From the NCBI GenBank assembly GCA_040954595.2, contig CM082577.2, positions 14,577,903 through 14,641,902 of the forward strand: a stretch of 64,000 nucleotides of DNA, read 5' to 3'. Each line of letters starts with the position of its first letter. Position 1 is the stretch's first letter. Source of the DNA: Balanoglossus misakiensis (Eukaryota > Animalia > Hemichordata). Under the pieces are notes generated by a model. The model was given only the letters and a program-made list of their open reading frames with translations. It was not told where the DNA came from and ran no database searches. Made by a program: the position numbers and the translations under genes. Of the stretch, positions 59,359-64,000 are shown piece after piece.

Positions 59359-61308
59359 ATGTCATGTTCTAACAAATATTCATTTGGTGTTTTAGTTTCA
59401 GTTACTGAGGAATGCAGGAAAGGTGTTGGTCTATTTGGCAAAGTCAAATCTTTCCAGACTTACAAAAATGAGAAGACCTCCTCTGACTTCAGAAAACTGC
59501 CTTTTTCCAGTAGCAAGAAGAAATCAAAGCAAGAAGATGACATTGTTACTATAAATATTGGTGCCATGTCTTTCGATGAGAAAACAGGGAAACTGAAATC
59601 CCACTGGGGTAAACGTTTGCCTATTAAAGTTGAAAAAAATGCAAATTACTCAACAATTTTGGAAATTGGTTTGAGTAAATGGAGAAATTTTATCAAGGAT
59701 GGCATGAAGTATTTTCTTCTCTTTGATGATGGCTCTAGAGCTCTTTTCATACCAGGAGAAGAGAAAAAAGAGTTTTTTACTCTTTGTAAATATAAAGAAG
59801 CTTTAGGTAAGGAGTACAAAAGAATATGCTTGTATCTCTGTGCAGAGAGTGATTTTGATAAATCGCAGGGATTTAATGATTGTGATGTAGGAGTTGATGA
59901 TGAGTTGCTTTGTAATTATGATGTTGACGAAAGTAATTGTAATTATGATGTTGACGAAAGTAATTCTAATTATGATGTTGACAAAAGTAATTGTAATTAT
60001 GATGTTGACAAAAGTAAGAGGAGGAGAGTGAAATTGGGTGAGACGTCCAACACAAGTCAAACTCATGTAGTGTCTGATGATGGATATGCCATGCTTTTCA
60101 GTGATGACATTGGTGATCAATTCTCTGATTCCGAAAATGATGTCAATCTAGAGTCTCCCAAATTCCCTGAAGAAATACCACTTGAAGATATTCTGAGTAA
60201 TTTGGCAAAACAGATTAACCAAGAAAAAATATCAAAGTTTAACATTGCAAGGAATAATCTTTTTGAAGGTGTGAAAAGAGGGTTAAAGCGAAAGACATTT
60301 AGTCCTTGCAATAAAATCTCTGTCAAATTTACAGATGATGTGGGTTCCTCAGAGGGGGCTGTTGATGCTGGAGGCCCTATGAGAGAAATGCTGTCTCTCA
60401 GTGTGAGCTATATCACAAATTCTCAGTTGTTTGATGGTGATGAACATCAGAAATACATTTCCTGTGTGAGCAAATGTATTGATGAGAATGAATACTTCTA
60501 TGCTGGGCAAGTGATTGCCATGTCTTTACTTCATGGGGGTCCTCTACCACATTGTTTTGCTGAGCACTTTTTTGATGCTGTTGTATTTGGGCCAGACAGT
60601 GCAAAACCTACATTGGATGACCTCCCACAGGATAGTTATGCTAAAAATGAGTTGACAAAGTTGAAGAATGCCCCTTTAACTGAGGTTGATAGTGTGATAA
60701 CTGGAAGCTTGGATAATTTCCTTGAATTAGCTGGGACATGGAAAATAATGAGATGTGAAGATGACAAAGATAGGGTTATCCTGTCCACAGTAAAGTGGTA
60801 TTTATATGGAAGGAACAGACCAGCACTTGACCAATTTAGAGACGGTCTGTCTACCCTTGGAGTTCTTGCAGCCATGCAGCAGTATCCAAATAGTTTCAAG
60901 TCAGCATTCTGCCAAAAAAGCATCACTCTCACAGCAGATATGTTTGCTGATGTTGACAGGGTAAAATACACAAGAAGTGAAATTGGATCTAATAGACACA
61001 TTGTTGAAAGTAATGTATTATCCTATTGGGCAGACTTTCTTCAGGATGTTGAAGAGGGTGATGTTTCCAACATAACACTTTCACAAATTCTCATGTTCAT
61101 TACTGGTTGCAGTGAATTTGTGTATGGATTAACATTAGAAATTCAATTTCTACATCAAAATGAGGAAACTGGTACACCATCAAGGTTTCCTAAGGCCAAT
61201 ACTTGTGCTTGTATACTTCATTTACCTGTTATACATAAAACATACCATGACTTCAAAAACAATGTTGCATTTGGCATTGCAAATGCTAAGGGTTTTGGAT
61301 ATGCCTGA
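59359..61308 (+). CDS. G2E3-like HECT E3 ubiquitin ligase domain protein (true 5' end uncertain)
   Basis: EGAVDAGGPMRE, SLLHGGPLP, ILMFITG and catalytic FPKANTC..LHLP; ends FGYA. Confidence 0.9.
   Translation: MSCSNKYSFGVLVSVTEECRKGVGLFGKVKSFQTYKNEKTSSDFRKLPFSSSKKKSKQEDDIVTINIGAMSFDEKTGKLKSHWGKRLPIKVEKNANYSTILEIGLSKWRNFIKDGMKYFLLFDDGSRALFIPGEEKKEFFTLCKYKEALGKEYKRICLYLCAESDFDKSQGFNDCDVGVDDELLCNYDVDESNCNYDVDESNSNYDVDKSNCNYDVDKSKRRRVKLGETSNTSQTHVVSDDGYAMLFSDDIGDQFSDSENDVNLESPKFPEEIPLEDILSNLAKQINQEKISKFNIARNNLFEGVKRGLKRKTFSPCNKISVKFTDDVGSSEGAVDAGGPMREMLSLSVSYITNSQLFDGDEHQKYISCVSKCIDENEYFYAGQVIAMSLLHGGPLPHCFAEHFFDAVVFGPDSAKPTLDDLPQDSYAKNELTKLKNAPLTEVDSVITGSLDNFLELAGTWKIMRCEDDKDRVILSTVKWYLYGRNRPALDQFRDGLSTLGVLAAMQQYPNSFKSAFCQKSITLTADMFADVDRVKYTRSEIGSNRHIVESNVLSYWADFLQDVEEGDVSNITLSQILMFITGCSEFVYGLTLEIQFLHQNEETGTPSRFPKANTCACILHLPVIHKTYHDFKNNVAFGIANAKGFGYA
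59911..60017 (+). repeat. 27-bp in-frame coding repeat, 4 copies (NYDVD[E/K]SNC)
   Basis: aattatgatgttgac repeated four times. Confidence 0.9.
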
Positions 61309-62725
61309 ACATTAAAGTGTAAAATGAGACATAACTACAGTTTTTCATCTATTTTCACACGGTGTCCAGGCTCGGCCATTCACTGATGACCAAGCTTAAG
61401 TTCACACACTATTTTTAAACCTCAGAAGCAAGTTAAGCAAATTCTATGTAATAAGATGTGCTGCTGTTTATGCATTCAACTGCCAAACAGTACACCTGGT
61501 ATGCAAGAGATTTGATTTTGCCTTTTGGCAAGTGGTTTCACTGTTCAGGTGTGATAAATTTAGACAAAATTGTTCCAGATTTGTGCCCGAGAAAAAACAT
61601 GGTTCCCAATGTCATCACTACAAATGTGCATGTGTTAATGTTGCCCATTTATGAATGTCTATCAATGGACAAAACATTTTATTGGGAAATCAGTAAGAAA
61701 AGAGTAGTTTTTACCTTTTTTACTTCGTTCTCCTTTAAAAAGTGTTCAAAATTCTGGTGAGCATCAGTTGTTTAAACCGATTCGTGTAGTAGTCACAAGT
61801 TTTAGAATAGAACTGTACTCTGTAGTATATTATATTGTGCTTGATCGACCAGTTTAGGGTTTAACCTGTTAGATGTTTACTATAACACTTGGAAATAAAA
61901 AATGATACTCTGTTCATAAATTAGTTGTGTATGTTCATTAAAGTGTGTGTGAACACCATTATGTCATGAAACGAGGTAATGCTGTACTAATGTCTGTGTG
62001 TGTGTGTGTGAATATGACATAGTGTGTGACATTTGGGAATTATGACTTGCTAATTGACAGCTAATTTGCATATTTAATGATTCTATGCAATTAGCAATAC
62101 AACTCTTGAAATACTGTTCTGATATTCATGAAATTTGCCAGCTTATACTGTTTTTTACACAGATCAAACAAAACCTCACTGCTGCCATTTTGGCAATAAT
62201 TTCAGATTTTCAACATTAATTTGGTGAATTTGCAATATATCATAAAACTACAGTAAGAATCCCAAACTGATCTTAGGGGAGAACCATTTGATTTTTTGGG
62301 TGGGGGGGGGGTTATTGCAGAAGGAAACAAATTCATTTGCAATGCCATGTTTTAAATGGAGTTAAGAATGTCACACAAGTTAGAAAATCTCATTCTTTCA
62401 TTTTAAGGCACTTGTCAGTTTATGAGCAGTTTATTCTTGTCCACCGTTCATTTGAATAATTTGGCAATCAAAATGATAGGTAAAATGAACAAATCTACGC
62501 TATTTTGATGTTTTATGAATATATTTTATTATATTCAAAGACAATCTTACTACCATGTTTGCTTGGATTACTACCAATTAAAAATGTGGTAGTCACAACT
62601 GATTGCTGCGAAAAATGTTTATTTCGAGCCATGTTTTGCAGCAAGTATATCACAGACTGGACTGGAAAATGTCGCTCTCCCGTTGGTGAAGGAAGCGCCC
62701 TCAATCGACGGGTTTACATGTCTAA

Positions 62726-63988
62726 TTATACACCATCATTTGCGCACATAAGTAAATGCTCGTACAGCTCTTTTGCCTCGCGCCAATTTGCTGGTTCGGA
62801 CAGGTTTAAATATCGAAACACATATTGGAAATACTCCTGGTATTCATTATTATAATCTACTTCAATGATTTGCGTTTCTGCATAATTTATTTCATGTTCT
62901 GGTACAGGCAACATCAAATTGTCAGTGCCACCATGGTGCTCTGGGAGGAAATACAATGAATCAGGTCTCCCACTGACGGTTTCATGTCGAGATTTTCTTA
63001 TGTAGTGTGTGTTCCAATTTTCCTTCACATGATTTAAATCTTCTTGGAGGAGACGGGCAAAATAAAACCACAAACACTCCTTATGTAGTGTGTTACTACT
63101 GTCAAAGGTTCCCTGTGCTTCAAAATCGTTAAAAAGATTTATCCACCATGTCGAACGATTTCTGCGCAGAAACGACCACCATGCCTCAATTCTTTGATTA
63201 CGTTGTGATGCAACATATCTATGTGCATCTGAGTTATCGCGAAAGAAACACTGAACCGCTGCAACTGTGCCATTTTCAGTACCCAAATCAGTATCTAGTT
63301 CTATAGGACACCCTCCAAACTCACGCACAGCTTGTAAGTAGTATGCAGCCACATTGTCAGGCAAGTTATTTGAACGTGTAACATACAACCATAAAATCTT
63401 TCTGCTGTATCCGTCAATACATCCGTGTATTGGGAAGCCAAAGGGCTTTAGTTTGTCGTACCCGTCCATATGCCACACACAGTTGGGTCCTGGGCACAAA
63501 TACTCCCTTCTTTTAAGACGGTGTGTTCTCCGTAGTTCACTTCCTTCTGGGTCTAATTCCCTCAACATTTCTTGAACTACAATTCTAGGCACATGGATGC
63601 CTTTCAGCTGCAGGGAATGCCACACTGTTCGATACCCTCCTATACATCCAGGACCATCCAATAGCTGAATGACAGAGTCTCTGACGACACTAACACCGTA
63701 ATCGGGAGATCTTCGCCTTAAATTCAACCGTTGCAATCGTCGTAACAGCGTTCTGCGACTCATATAAACGTCGTAGTATTTTGACAAATATAATAGAATT
63801 TCATTGTACGTATACCCCCTATAAAAGAAATAGGTGATGAGGCCTTCTTCATCGTAGTTGGCGACCGAGTGGCTGCTCATTTCTGTGCACATCGGCGACA
63901 CTCGATAAGGCAAGGTTGGTGTGAAGACGTCGTCCATTTTAAATCGAACTGTATTGTGGGATATATAGTGAATTTCCGCCTTGAGCAA
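62726..63988 (-). CDS. IS3EU-like eukaryotic DDE transposase (HTH plus integrase core), apparently intact
   Basis: GPNCVWHMDGYDKLKPFGFPIHGCIDGYSR, TDLGTENG and NQRIEAWW motifs. Confidence 0.85.
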   Translation of the reverse strand: MLKAEIHYISHNTVRFKMDDVFTPTLPYRVSPMCTEMSSHSVANYDEEGLITYFFYRGYTYNEILLYLSKYYDVYMSRRTLLRRLQRLNLRRRSPDYGVSVVRDSVIQLLDGPGCIGGYRTVWHSLQLKGIHVPRIVVQEMLRELDPEGSELRRTHRLKRREYLCPGPNCVWHMDGYDKLKPFGFPIHGCIDGYSRKILWLYVTRSNNLPDNVAAYYLQAVREFGGCPIELDTDLGTENGTVAAVQCFFRDNSDAHRYVASQRNQRIEAWWSFLRRNRSTWWINLFNDFEAQGTFDSSNTLHKECLWFYFARLLQEDLNHVKENWNTHYIRKSRHETVSGRPDSLYFLPEHHGGTDNLMLPVPEHEINYAETQIIEVDYNNEYQEYFQYVFRYLNLSEPANWREAKELYEHLLMCANDGV

Positions 63989-64000
63989 AAGAAAGTTTTG

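Overview
Eukaryotic (probably invertebrate animal) genomic DNA with two parts. (1) About 1-17.4 kb is a gene-dense, largely intact block that looks like an integrated herpesvirus-like (Duplodnaviria) genome segment. It contains exon 1 of a herpes-type terminase ATPase (Walker A VPRRSGK, GTAAGT donor at the position of the HSV UL15 intron), a probable UL28/UL56-like terminase subunit and a UL49-like Cys-rich protein. It also carries an unusual accessory set: a SLATT 2TM effector, an ESCRT-III/Snf7-like protein, an A20-type zinc-finger protein, and two spliced paralogues of unknown function. Three more intronless virus-style ORFs (F-box/LRR, Cys-repeat type I glycoprotein, 412-aa unknown) lie at 26.5-31.4 kb, beyond a 9-kb repeat/MITE mosaic. 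(2) About 32.6-64 kb is a transposon graveyard: two Crypton-type tyrosine-recombinase relics, two Ty3/Gypsy relics whose Gag begins with a ComEA-like helix-hairpin-helix, an intron-rich two-gene DNA transposon, TTAA-flanked palindromic MITEs, and an IS3EU-like transposase converging on a G2E3-like HECT ligase. All family assignments come from motif recognition by eye; no database searches were run.
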